Shown here: piece after piece, positions 17,317 through 29,084 of the stretch | Position numbering within the stretch: the stretch's first letter is position 1 | Layout of the letters: each line of letters starts with the position of its first letter | Source: an uncultured Gammaproteobacteria bacterium | GTDB taxonomy: Bacteria; Patescibacteriota; Microgenomatia; UBA10105 | Reading direction: 5' to 3' | DNA length: 39,304 bases | Assembly: GCA_964387625.1 (NCBI GenBank) | Contig: CAYLWN010000002.1 | Span: forward strand, 39,120 to 78,423 | The notes under the pieces: generated by a model | What the model was told of the DNA's origin: nothing | Database searches by the model: none | What the model saw: the letters and a program-made list of their open reading frames with translations, nothing else | Position numbers and translations under genes: made by a program

Positions 17317-19326
17317 TTATCCGGTTAAAAATTTAGCAATTAATAAAGCCACTATATTGGCTACTTTTATCATTGGATTGATAGCAGGTCCTGCAGTATC
17401 CTTATAAGGATCTCCCACAGTGTCACCTGTTACCGCTGCTTGATGTGCCGGTGAACCTTTACCTCCATAATTTCCTTCTTCGATATATTTTTTGGCATTA
17501 TCCCATGCTGCTCCTCCGGTGGTCATTGAAATTGCTACAAATAAACCTGTCACAATTATTCCAACCAAAAATCCACCCAATGCTTGAGCTCCCAATAATT
17601 TACCTACCAATATTGGGGCCAGCACAGGGATAATCGCTGGTACAATCATTTGTTTTAATGCAGCTTGAGTTACGATATCAACTGCTTTACCGTATTCAGG
17701 TTTGGCAGTTCCCTGCATAATGCCTTTTATTTCTTTAAATTGTCTTCTCACTTCTACTACTATTGCTTTTGCAGCATTACCAACAGCTTCCATAGCTAAT
17801 GCACCAAATATATAAGGAACCGAGGCGCCTAAAAGTAATCCGATTAAAACTTTTGGATTTGTCAGAGAAAAAGCTGCTAATTGATTATTAGCGGTTAATT
17901 CTTGTGCATAACTGGCAAATAATACCAGAGCTGCAAGTCCTGCTGATGCTATGGCGTAGGCTTTAGTAACAGATTTAGTAGTATTGCCTACTGCATCTAA
18001 ATTGTCAGTCACTTCTCGTACCTTTTGCGGTTGATTGGTCATTTCTGCAATTCCTCCTGCATTATCAGTAATTGGTCCAAAGGCATCAATGGCGACCACT
18101 ATTCCAGTCAATGACAACATAGACATTGCCGCTACAGCCACTCCGTAAAGACCGGACAGAGCATGGGTGACCAATGTAGCTGCTGAAATTAATAAGATGG
18201 GTAAAAGCGTAGATTTCATTGATATAGCAAGTCCGGCAATCATTACTGTTCCGTGACCTGTTTGAGCAGCAGCTGCAATGGTTTTTACAGCATTATATTT
18301 TTTGGATGTAAAATATTCAGTAATAATCACCATGCCTATAGTAACCACAATTCCTATAAGTGATGAGAAATAAATATTTGTAACTGCCATTTGACCCAAA
18401 TCAACTAATAATATTTTAGTTATAAAATAAAATGATCCGGCACTGAAAATTGACGCAGCTACCAAACCTTTATAAAGTGCTGTCATCACTTGATTGTCTT
18501 TACCCAATTTAACAAAGAATGTACCAATTATTGAGCTAATGATAGAAATAGCACCGATTGCTAATGGGAAAATTAAAGCCAATTGATTATTTGGCATGAG
18601 TAATTGACCTAACAGCATAGCTGCAACTGCTGTAACAACATAAGTTTCAAATAAGTCAGCAGCCATACCTGCATCATCTCCAACATTGTCACCAACCAAA
18701 TCAGCAATAACTCCTGGGTTTCTGGGATCGTCTTCCGGAATTCCCTTTTCAATTTTACCCACCATATCTGTTCCTACATCTGCCCCTTTAGTATAAATAC
18801 CACCGCCGAGCCTCGCAAAAACAGAAATTAAAGATGCACCAAATCCTAAAGCGATAAGAGGCGTAAAGCTGCTTGTTTTTGTTAAAATTAATAACCAATA
18901 AATTCCCACCACTGACAAAAGAGCTAGTCCTGCAACCATCATTCCAGTGACTGAGCCTCCGCCAAAAGCAACTTGTAAAGCTGGTGCGAGTCCCTTTTTT
19001 GAAGCTTCACTGACTCTAACATTAGTGTTCACTGCAACGCTCATACCTACAAATCCTGCCAGTGCAGAAAATAACGCACCAATTATAAAGGCTACGCTTG
19101 ATAAAAAGCCTAATGTTATCCATAAAATAATGAAAATAAGTATGGCAATTATGGATATTACTTGATACTGGCGTTTAAGATATGCGTAAGCTCCTTCAGA
19201 AATAGCATCTGCTATTGCGATCATATCGGGAGTTCCTTTGGGTAATTTTAAAATTTTCATTGTTTGCCAAACGCTATATACAACAGCAAATAAGCCTGTA
19301 AATAATGAAAAATATAAAAAATTCAT
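17317..19326 (-). CDS. hppA: Membrane-integral ion-pumping pyrophosphatase, predicted K+-independent H+-PPase
   Basis: [49 protein letters not shown] and [14 protein letters not shown]. Start placed at ATG 19326 after AAGGAG. Confidence 0.95.
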   Translation of the reverse strand: MNFLYFSLFTGLFAVVYSVWQTMKILKLPKGTPDMIAIADAISEGAYAYLKRQYQVISIIAILIFIILWITLGFLSSVAFIIGALFSALAGFVGMSVAVNTNVRVSEASKKGLAPALQVAFGGGSVTGMMVAGLALLSVVGIYWLLILTKTSSFTPLIALGFGASLISVFARLGGGIYTKGADVGTDMVGKIEKGIPEDDPRNPGVIADLVGDNVGDDAGMAADLFETYVVTAVAAMLLGQLLMPNNQLALIFPLAIGAISIISSIIGTFFVKLGKDNQVMTALYKGLVAASIFSAGSFYFITKILLVDLGQMAVTNIYFSSLIGIVVTIGMVIITEYFTSKKYNAVKTIAAAAQTGHGTVMIAGLAISMKSTLLPILLISAATLVTHALSGLYGVAVAAMSMLSLTGIVVAIDAFGPITDNAGGIAEMTNQPQKVREVTDNLDAVGNTTKSVTKAYAIASAGLAALVLFASYAQELTANNQLAAFSLTNPKVLIGLLLGASVPYIFGALAMEAVGNAAKAIVVEVRRQFKEIKGIMQGTAKPEYGKAVDIVTQAALKQMIVPAIIPVLAPILVGKLLGAQALGGFLVGIIVTGLFVAISMTTGGAAWDNAKKYIEEGNYGGKGSPAHQAAVTGDTVGDPYKDTAGPAINPMIKVANIVALLIAKFLTG

Positions 19327-19376
19327 AAACTTTCTCCTTTGCAGTTTATTATCCTGCTTTGATAATTTTAACAAAT

Positions 19377-21393
<2,017 letters not shown>

Positions 21394-21406
21394 TATAAAT
21401 TATTAA

Positions 21407-22078
21407 TTAAATATTTAAAAACAATTGATCAATTGCTAATTTGGTAGTTATATTTCCTTTTAAATATTCATAAGTTTTTTGCATCTGTCGTAAAACATAA
21501 TATGAGGAGAATGAAGGGAAAATTGTTGCTCTAGGAGTTAAATAAGCATTTATTAATTCATTTCTGAAAAAACTCATTTGTTGGGTAATCCAGGATAAAG
21601 CATTTTCCCGGTCTGTTGTGATAACGTTAGTTTGAACCAATCTGGTACTTTTTTTGGTGGTAAAAATTTTTTGCCAAAATTGTTTGCACAAATCGAAATC
21701 ATAACTGCAAATTGCATTTTTTTCGTCAAAAAGTTTTTTTACGGTACAACGGGATATTATGGTAGGTAATAAAGAATTTTCATTATTTACTGATAAAATA
21801 ACTAAAGAGTTGGCAGGCGGTTCTTCCAAGGTTTTTAATAATGCCTGTTGAGCTTCACGAGTTATAGCATCAGCTTGAATAATTACTCCTTTATAGGGAG
21901 ACGACAACGGTTTACGGCTTAAAAATTGTATTACTATCCTTATTTGGGCTATTGTTACGGGACCTACAGTTAGTCTTGTTAAATCATATGTGGAAATTTT
22001 TAATTGTTTGATAAATTGTTCAATATATTTTTGACGATTTTCGTGAGTATTGCCAGCAATAATGTATGAATGAAACAT
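21407..22078 (-). CDS. holB: DNA polymerase III delta-prime-like clamp-loader subunit (short form)
   Basis: IAQIR, EAQQALLKTLEEPP and LLPTIISRC. Lacks Walker A and the Zn module. Confidence 0.85.
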   Translation of the reverse strand: MFHSYIIAGNTHENRQKYIEQFIKQLKISTYDLTRLTVGPVTIAQIRIVIQFLSRKPLSSPYKGVIIQADAITREAQQALLKTLEEPPANSLVILSVNNENSLLPTIISRCTVKKLFDEKNAICSYDFDLCKQFWQKIFTTKKSTRLVQTNVITTDRENALSWITQQMSFFRNELINAYLTPRATIFPSFSSYYVLRQMQKTYEYLKGNITTKLAIDQLFLNI

Positions 22079-22081
22079 ACT

Positions 22082-22118
22082 TTTTGAATTTAAAATTTAA
22101 AATTTAAAATTTGAAATT
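22082..22118. repeat. 7-bp tandem array (TTAAAAT)n upstream of holB
   Basis: ttttgaat ttaaaat ttaaaat ttaaaat ttgaaat. Confidence 0.8.
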
Positions 22119-22178
22119 GTTAGATGTATTGTATCATGTAAGAATTTATTTTATACTTATTTTACAAACACTATTTTT

Positions 22179-22281
22179 AGAGCCTGTTTAAAAAGTTCTT
22201 TTTTCACCTTTGAAAGAACTTTTTAATTACAGTCTCTTATGAAGCTGTTTTACCTTTTATTTCCTGTTATCAAACAGCTTC
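22179..22281. repeat. Two adjacent inverted-repeat elements (MITE-like) between holB and pilB
   Basis: agagcctgt..ttaaaaagttcttt / aaagaactttttaa..acagtctct (22179-22237), and gaagctgttt / aaacagcttc (22241-22281). Confidence 0.6.
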
Positions 22282-22300
22282 TAAGTAGTGATATTAATAT

Positions 22301-24004
22301 ATGGTACCTGCCCAAAAATTAATTCAAGCACTTATAGATTTAAAAGCCATTGATGCACCTGTTGGTCAGCAAATACTTACTGATATTATTACTTCTAATA
22401 CTTCAATTGAAGATTATTTAATCCGTAAAAAAACTGTCAGTCAACTTCAATTAGCTCAAGCTAAAGCCAAAGCCATGGATGTGCCATTTGTAACATTGGC
22501 TGGACGTGGTATTTCTCCGGAGGTAGTAAATTTTATTCCTGAACCTGTAGCCCGAAGATATATAATTGTTCCCTTTGATTATGATGCAGGTAATAATGTC
22601 TTATATATTGCTACCACTGATCCGTTTGACATAACTATCATAGAATTTTTAGAGCAAAAAACCGGTAAAAGAATCAAACCGTTTTTGGCATTGCAGGATG
22701 ATATTGTTTCCACAATTGACGAACGGTATGCTCAAACACTGGGTCAGGAAGTAACCGCTGCTTTGAAAGAAACATCAATGCCGGAAATCAGAACTGTTGA
22801 AGCAGGTCGGTTAGGAGATATTATCAAAGAAGCTCCGATTGCAAAAATTGTATCTACATTGCTGGAATTTGCAGTGAAAAACCGGGTATCTGATATTCAT
22901 ATAGAGCCACAGGAAACGAAAACCCGGGTGAGATATAGAATTGATGGAATTTTACATGAAAAATTAGCTTTACCCAAAAGCGTCCATCCGGCAGTGATTT
23001 CCAGAATCAAAATATTGTCAGACATGAAAATAGATGAAAGAAGAATTCCTCAAGACGGCCGTTTTAATTTCCGCATGGGAACAGAAGAGGTGGATTTGCG
23101 TGTTTCTTCTCTGCCAACTGTAAACGGAGAAAAAATTGTCATGAGGTTACTCAAAAAAACCGGTGGAATTCCAACACTTTCTGAATTGGGAATCAGAAGT
23201 TTAGCCTTAAAAAGATTAGAGGAAAATATTGCCCGGCCTCATGGTATTATTTTGGTTACCGGTCCTACAGGTTCCGGTAAAACCACTACTCTTTATTCAG
23301 TTTTATCTAGACTAAATACTACTAAAGTTAATATTGTCACTTTAGAAGATCCTATCGAATATCAAATTGCAGGTATTAATCAAGTACAAATAAATCCTGC
23401 TGCCGGACTTAATTTTGCTACAGGTTTAAGGTCATTCTTAAGACAAGATCCAAATATTATATTGGTTGGAGAAATCCGTGATTCAGAAACGACCAGTTTG
23501 GCGATTCAAGCTGCTTTGACAGGGCATTTAGTTTTCTCTACCCTGCACACCAATAATGCATCAGGTGCCATCCCCCGTCTTTTGGATATGGGAGCAGAAC
23601 CATTTTTGGTAGCATCAGCTCTTAATTGTGTTATAGGACAAAGAATTGCCAGAAAAATATGCAGTTTTTGTAAAAGCGATTATGAACCGCTACCCCAAGT
23701 AATTGAGGATATAAAAACAGCATTAGGTAAATATTATCCCGAAAAAAACGAAAAAATAAAACTATATATGGGTAAAGGTTGTACTGAATGTAACTCAACA
23801 GGGTATCGGGGGCGGGTGGGAATTTTTGAAGTCTTGCCTATCTCTGAAAAAATGAGTAAGCTGATATTAGAGCATACATCTTCAGCCGACATGGAAAGAC
23901 AGGCAATTGATGAGGGTATGTTTACCATGAAACAGGATGGTTTTTTCAAAGTTTTAGAAGGCATTACAACAATTGAAGAAGTATTAAGAGTAGCACAAGA
24001 TTAA
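22301..24004 (+). CDS. pilB: Type IV pilus assembly ATPase PilB/GspE
   Basis: N-terminal domain, SDIHIEP, PQDGRF, GPTGSGKTT, EDPIE, LRQDPNIILVGEIRD, TGHLVFSTLH and CxxC/CxxC. Confidence 0.96.
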   Translation: MVPAQKLIQALIDLKAIDAPVGQQILTDIITSNTSIEDYLIRKKTVSQLQLAQAKAKAMDVPFVTLAGRGISPEVVNFIPEPVARRYIIVPFDYDAGNNVLYIATTDPFDITIIEFLEQKTGKRIKPFLALQDDIVSTIDERYAQTLGQEVTAALKETSMPEIRTVEAGRLGDIIKEAPIAKIVSTLLEFAVKNRVSDIHIEPQETKTRVRYRIDGILHEKLALPKSVHPAVISRIKILSDMKIDERRIPQDGRFNFRMGTEEVDLRVSSLPTVNGEKIVMRLLKKTGGIPTLSELGIRSLALKRLEENIARPHGIILVTGPTGSGKTTTLYSVLSRLNTTKVNIVTLEDPIEYQIAGINQVQINPAAGLNFATGLRSFLRQDPNIILVGEIRDSETTSLAIQAALTGHLVFSTLHTNNASGAIPRLLDMGAEPFLVASALNCVIGQRIARKICSFCKSDYEPLPQVIEDIKTALGKYYPEKNEKIKLYMGKGCTECNSTGYRGRVGIFEVLPISEKMSKLILEHTSSADMERQAIDEGMFTMKQDGFFKVLEGITTIEEVLRVAQD

Positions 24005-24009
24005 TATTA

Positions 24010-24131
24010 ATTTAAAATTTAAAAATCCCTGCTTGCGCAGGCAAGAAAATGTAAAATTGCAGTTTAAAATTCAAAATTAACAATTTTTATTTTTGCATTG
24101 AAATTTTGACTTTTGCATTTTGCGTTTTTAA
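24010..24131. repeat. Inverted 7-bp arrays containing an 18-bp CCTG-family palindrome
   Basis: (tttaaaa)-type units, then complementary (ttttgca)-type units. cctgcttgc-gcaggcaag lies at 24028-24045. Confidence 0.75.
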
Positions 24132-24140
24132 TTAACTATT

Positions 24141-25196
24141 ATGGATATCAAGCAACTACTAGATTTAACAGCTACTAGGTTAGCGTCAGATTTACATTTA
24201 TTAGGCGGATATCCGCCAATCATAAGAATTGATGGAGTCTTACAAAGAGTACCCGGTGAAGAGGTTTTAACCAGTGACCAAATAACTACCTTTATATATG
24301 ATTTGTTTAATTCCGAACAAAAGGATTTATTTTTGGCCAATAAAGAAATTGATTTTTCTTATGCTTTGGGAAATGCAAGATTTAGAGTCAATGCATATTT
24401 TGAAAAAAATAATATTGCTGCTGCATTTCGTTGTTTACCGCAAAAAATCCGCACTATAGAAGAACTTGCCCTGCCGGAAATTTATCATGATTTTGTCAAT
24501 TTAAAACAGGGATTTATTTTAGTAACTGGACCAACAGGTCATGGGAAATCAACCACATTAGCAGCAATTCTTAATGAAATTAATCAAAATCGTGATGCAC
24601 ATATAGTGACGATTGAAGATCCGATAGAATATATTTATCCTAAAGGGAGATCAATTATATCGCAAAGAGAAATGCATACTGACACGCATTCATGGAACGT
24701 AGCGCTTCGTTCTGTCTTACGTGAAGATCCGGACGTAGTGCTAATAGGAGAAATGCGTGATTATGAAACTATCGCTGCTACCTTAACCATTGCCGAAACA
24801 GGACATTTAGTATTTGCCACGCTTCACACAAATTCAGCGTCCCAAACCATTGACAGAATTGTTGACGTTTTTCCCGAGAGACAACAAGCGCAAATAAAAC
24901 TACAACTAGCAGGAACCTTGGAAGCGGTTTTATCTCAAAGATTATTACCCGGTATTGGGGGTGGAAGAAAACCTGCTACAGAAATTCTTATTTCCACTCC
25001 AGCTGTGCAAAATTCTATCCGTGAGGGAAAAACTCATTTAATTGACAATATTATTCAAACATCTGCTGATATGGGAATGGAACTTTTGGAAACTTCTTTG
25101 GCCAGAATGGTCAAAAATGGTGCTATAACACTTGAAACAGCTAAAGAGTATTCAACCAGACCTGAAGAATTAATCAGATTATTTTCAACAAGTTAA
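24141..25196 (+). CDS. pilT: Type IV pilus retraction ATPase PilT
   Basis: ASDLHL, RFRVNAY, GPTGHGKSTT, SQRE, LREDPDVVLIGEMRD, AETGHLVFATLH and AVQNSIRE. Confidence 0.96.
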   Translation: MDIKQLLDLTATRLASDLHLLGGYPPIIRIDGVLQRVPGEEVLTSDQITTFIYDLFNSEQKDLFLANKEIDFSYALGNARFRVNAYFEKNNIAAAFRCLPQKIRTIEELALPEIYHDFVNLKQGFILVTGPTGHGKSTTLAAILNEINQNRDAHIVTIEDPIEYIYPKGRSIISQREMHTDTHSWNVALRSVLREDPDVVLIGEMRDYETIAATLTIAETGHLVFATLHTNSASQTIDRIVDVFPERQQAQIKLQLAGTLEAVLSQRLLPGIGGGRKPATEILISTPAVQNSIREGKTHLIDNIIQTSADMGMELLETSLARMVKNGAITLETAKEYSTRPEELIRLFSTS

Positions 25197-25200
25197 AATA

Positions 25201-25278
25201 CCAGATTCTAGATTATAGATTCTTGATTCTAGAAAAAATAAATATTATAAAATCTATAATCCAGAATCCAGAATCTAA
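25201..25278. repeat. Inverted 7-bp arrays (nnAGATT)n ... (AGAATCC)n
   Basis: ccagatt ctagatt atagatt cttgatt ctag ... aaaatct ataatcc agaatcc agaatct. Confidence 0.8.
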
Positions 25279-25284
25279 AAAGTT

Positions 25285-26493
25285 ATGCCCATATATAATT
25301 ACTCAGCCCGGGATGATAGAGGTAATAAAATTAAGGGAATGGTTGAAGCTGATAATGAAAAAGAAGCAGTTACGCTTATCCGTGACCGTTCACTGTTTTT
25401 AATCGGTCTGTCAAAAAAAGAAAATAAATTATCATTTTTATCCCCTGCCAAACTTAGTAAAATTTCTTTTAACGATATTGTAAATTTTACCCGCCAATTA
25501 TCAACCATGATGACTGCAGGACTTCAAATTCAGGAAGCATTGGATTTACTGCGTGTTCAATCAACCAATCCGGCTTTTACCGAAATGCTTGTCAAAATTT
25601 CCAGAGATATTCAAAGCGGAGGCAATCTGACCACTACTTTGGAAAAATATCCTCAGCATTTTTCTACAACTTATATTGCATTAATCAGGGCCGGTGAATC
25701 GTCAGGCACTTTGGATATGGTTTTAAACCGACTGGCAGACAATCTGGAAAAAGATCAGGAATTTTCTGCAACTGTAAAAGGAGCAATGGTTTATCCGGCA
25801 ATTATTTTTATCGTTATGATAATAGTTTTTATAATACTTATGACAGCTGTAGTTCCAAAATTAACTGAATTATTTTCTCAATTTGGATCAGATTTACCAT
25901 TGCAAACCAGAATATTGCAATGGGTATCTGATTTTTTTGTTAAATTCTGGTGGTTAGTCGTAATTATCGGGGTTGGAGGATGGACATTATTTCTTAAATG
26001 GAAAAAAACAATATCTGGCAGACATATTTGGGATGCGATTGTTTTGAAACTGCCAATTTTTGGGCCTTTATCCAAACAAATTATTTTAGTTGAATTTACA
26101 CGGACTTTAGGTATGCTGGTAGGATCCGGCGTACATATTTTGGATTCGCTAAATATTATGGTTAAGTCAGTTGATAATATTCATTATCAGGAAGCTATAC
26201 AAGATATTGCAAAAAAAGTTGAAAAGGGTTTACCATTAGGACAGTTATTTGCCCAATATCCGATGTTTCCTCCAATTTTAGCTCAAATGGTAAGAGTTGG
26301 TGAAGAAACCGGTAAAATGGATGAATCTCTTATTAAAATTTCTACTTATTTTGAACGTGAATCAGATCATACAGTCAAGACATTAACAACTGCTTTAGAA
26401 CCGGTGATTATGATTATTTTAGCCGTAGGAGTAGGATTTATTGTTTTTTCAATAATTACACCAATTTATAATTTGACAAGTCAGTTTAAATAA
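25285..26493 (+). CDS. pilC: Type IV pilus platform protein PilC/GspF
   Basis: FTRQLSTMMTAG, AGESSGTL, AMVYP, VGEETGKM and LEP. Confidence 0.96.
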   Translation: MPIYNYSARDDRGNKIKGMVEADNEKEAVTLIRDRSLFLIGLSKKENKLSFLSPAKLSKISFNDIVNFTRQLSTMMTAGLQIQEALDLLRVQSTNPAFTEMLVKISRDIQSGGNLTTTLEKYPQHFSTTYIALIRAGESSGTLDMVLNRLADNLEKDQEFSATVKGAMVYPAIIFIVMIIVFIILMTAVVPKLTELFSQFGSDLPLQTRILQWVSDFFVKFWWLVVIIGVGGWTLFLKWKKTISGRHIWDAIVLKLPIFGPLSKQIILVEFTRTLGMLVGSGVHILDSLNIMVKSVDNIHYQEAIQDIAKKVEKGLPLGQLFAQYPMFPPILAQMVRVGEETGKMDESLIKISTYFERESDHTVKTLTTALEPVIMIILAVGVGFIVFSIITPIYNLTSQFK

Positions 26494-26553
26494 TATACAA
26501 AATATATAGTATTAATTTTTAAAAATTTATACTTAATTGAAAGGGGGTGAAAT

Positions 26554-27075
26554 GTGATTTTAAGAACATTTCACGAGAAAAATATGAAAAAAGGTTTTAC
26601 ATTAATCGAACTTTTGATCGTTATCGGTATTTTGGGTATTTTAGCAGCAGGACTTCTTGCCGCGATTGATCCTTTGGAACAGCTCAAAAGAGGACGTGAT
26701 ACGCAAAGAAGAAATATCGCTGTTGAACTTAATAATGCATTATTAAGGTTTTATGCAGTTCAAGGTTCAATGCCTTGGGGAACTGGAGCTCAAGCAGCAA
26801 CCAACGTTGCAAGTGCAACAGGCATTATTAACTTATTAACAGGAGCGGGAGAACTAAAAACTACTTTTCAACAAGGAATGGCAAATTTAGGGAATTCCCG
26901 GCCAATTTATATCATTGCAGAAACTAATAGTGCATCGGTATATACTTGTTTTGATCCTGAGTCAAGATCAATTAGTAGCGATCCGTCAACCATTTATACG
27001 GATCAGGCTACACCTCCGGGAACCGGAGCAGCTTGTCCCAATGCAACAGGTGTGTGTTACTTTTGTGTAAGATAA
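26554..27075 (+). CDS. Type IV pilin, probable major pilin
   Basis: KKG|FTLIELLIVIGILGIL class III signal and C-terminal cysteines. Strong AAAGGGGGTGA RBS before GTG 26554; alternative ATG at 26584. Confidence 0.9.
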   Translation: MILRTFHEKNMKKGFTLIELLIVIGILGILAAGLLAAIDPLEQLKRGRDTQRRNIAVELNNALLRFYAVQGSMPWGTGAQAATNVASATGIINLLTGAGELKTTFQQGMANLGNSRPIYIIAETNSASVYTCFDPESRSISSDPSTIYTDQATPPGTGAACPNATGVCYFCVR

Positions 27076-29084
27076 TGAGTAAAATATTAAGAGGAGAAAA
27101 ATATACTGCCCTAATAATCAGTATATTATTTCTCCTCTTTTATATCTATTTTCAATCCTCAAGCGTGTTTGGCGGAGATGCAGGAGATTTAGTATCTGCA
27201 GCTCTAATGAAGGGCGTAGCACATCCTCCGGGTTATCCTTTATATACTTTTTTGGGCTGGTTATTGACCAAAATTCCTATTTCAACTGTTGCTTGGCGTG
27301 TGGGATTATTATCTAGTATTCCTTCAGCAATAAGCCTGGGTTTGATATTTCTTACGTTAACAAAACTTACAAAACATTTTATTGCATCAATTATAGGTGT
27401 TTTTATTTTAGGTTTTTCCTATCTGTTTTGGTTATATGCAATAGTTCCTGAAGTGTTTGGTTTAAATACTTTGTTTGTTGCCTTGCTTTTTTATTTATTA
27501 TTATTATACAGAGATACTGGTCATAGAAACATTCTTCATATTTCAAGTTTTATTTTTGGTTTATCCCTCACGCATCATCATGTAATTTTATTTATTATTC
27601 CGGCATATATTTTATTGATAGTAAATCAGCTCAAAAAAATAAAAAATACCGAAAAAACATTATTGATAAATTGTGGATATATTTTATTAGGTTTGACACC
27701 ATATGTTTATGTATACCTATCAGCTAAAGGCAATCCTCCAGTTAATTGGGAGAATCCTCAAACGGTTCAAAGTTTTTTGAATTTAATAAGCAGGTCGTTA
27801 TATGGTTCTTTTCAATCTCATAAAATATTTAATGTTTCTATTTACGAAAGAATTTTTCAATTAAAAATAATGTTTGATACTTATCTGATTGATTTTACTA
27901 AACTGGGAATTGCTCTTGCTTTGATTGGTATGTGGAAAAACTTCAGAGAAAATAAAAACATATTTTTATGTATAGTTGCGTTTTTCTTATTGTCAGGACC
28001 AATATTTATTTTTTATGCGGGTTTTCCTTCATCTAGTAATTTTTTCTTAGGAACATCTGAACGTTTTCTTCTTACATCATATATTTTTATTACAATTTGG
28101 ATAGTGTATGGCATCAAATCTATTACAACAACAATTGACAATCTTCTGCAAAAAATAACATCCAAAAAAGTATTTATAAGTTCGATTATGATATTTCCCC
28201 TTTTTGCATTATTAATTTTATATGGAAACTGGATAAAACTTTCTCCAATAAAAAATGATTTTACAGCTGAAAAATTAGGAAAAGACATATTTAACACAGT
28301 ACCTGATAATTCAGTAATATTTTTTTCCGATGATACGTCTACTTTTGATTCACTTTATGTATATTATGTAGGTGGTGGAAAAAAAGGATGGCGGGGAATA
28401 AAGCATGTTCAGACAGGCATCATTTCTAGCAAATTTTATAACGATATTCTCAAAAGAGAATTTCCTGAAATGTTAATAGAGCTGGATAAAGGAAACCTTA
28501 ATTTTACGAAATTTGTAGATGATTATATTGACGTATACCCTATTTATTCATTCAATATTATGGCTGTTAGTAAAAAATATACATGGGTTCCTGATGGCTT
28601 GATGTTTAGATTATATAAAACTAGCGATGTGCCTTTGCAAGATGAATTTAAAAAAAGAAGTATTTTTTTATTTTCCCAGTATCAAAACCCGCTAAAAGGT
28701 GCTTTAGGTGTTTATAAACACGTAATGTTGGCCGACGTATTGAGAGTATATGCAACAGCCCATATAAGAACTGGACAAATATTTTATAACTTTACTGATT
28801 ATGAGCAGGCAGAAAAGCATTTTTTGGAAAGCATAAATTTACAGGGCGACGACTATAATAATTATTTATTTTTAGCAGATACTTATATTGTACAAAAAAA
28901 ATGTGCCGATGCCGAGAATATTTTATTTCAACAAGTAGCGTTATATTCCAATATTCCGGAAATTGATAAAAATATAGTCAAGGTATATAAAGAATGTTTT
29001 CATGATCAAGCGAAAACAGATAAATACCAAAAAATTTATGATGAAAAAGTGAAAAAAAGCAACATCCAACTTAATCAATTTTAA
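27075..29084 (+). CDS. DUF2723/TMEM260-like GT-C glycosyltransferase with C-terminal TPR
   Basis: GGDAGDL...GVAHPPGYPLY, PEVF, THH and NWENP motifs, multiple TMs and a TPR-like tail. ATG 27075 overlaps the pilin stop (TAATG). Confidence 0.85.
   Translation: MSKILRGEKYTALIISILFLLFYIYFQSSSVFGGDAGDLVSAALMKGVAHPPGYPLYTFLGWLLTKIPISTVAWRVGLLSSIPSAISLGLIFLTLTKLTKHFIASIIGVFILGFSYLFWLYAIVPEVFGLNTLFVALLFYLLLLYRDTGHRNILHISSFIFGLSLTHHHVILFIIPAYILLIVNQLKKIKNTEKTLLINCGYILLGLTPYVYVYLSAKGNPPVNWENPQTVQSFLNLISRSLYGSFQSHKIFNVSIYERIFQLKIMFDTYLIDFTKLGIALALIGMWKNFRENKNIFLCIVAFFLLSGPIFIFYAGFPSSSNFFLGTSERFLLTSYIFITIWIVYGIKSITTTIDNLLQKITSKKVFISSIMIFPLFALLILYGNWIKLSPIKNDFTAEKLGKDIFNTVPDNSVIFFSDDTSTFDSLYVYYVGGGKKGWRGIKHVQTGIISSKFYNDILKREFPEMLIELDKGNLNFTKFVDDYIDVYPIYSFNIMAVSKKYTWVPDGLMFRLYKTSDVPLQDEFKKRSIFLFSQYQNPLKGALGVYKHVMLADVLRVYATAHIRTGQIFYNFTDYEQAEKHFLESINLQGDDYNNYLFLADTYIVQKKCADAENILFQQVALYSNIPEIDKNIVKVYKECFHDQAKTDKYQKIYDEKVKKSNIQLNQF

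Noticed and set aside
27033-27074. ORF-track N-terminal extensions (27033, 19374, 17300, 36833)
   Set aside because: Downstream ATGs give stop-start coupling, an RBS or a more plausible start. The extensions overlap neighbouring genes or start at TTG.
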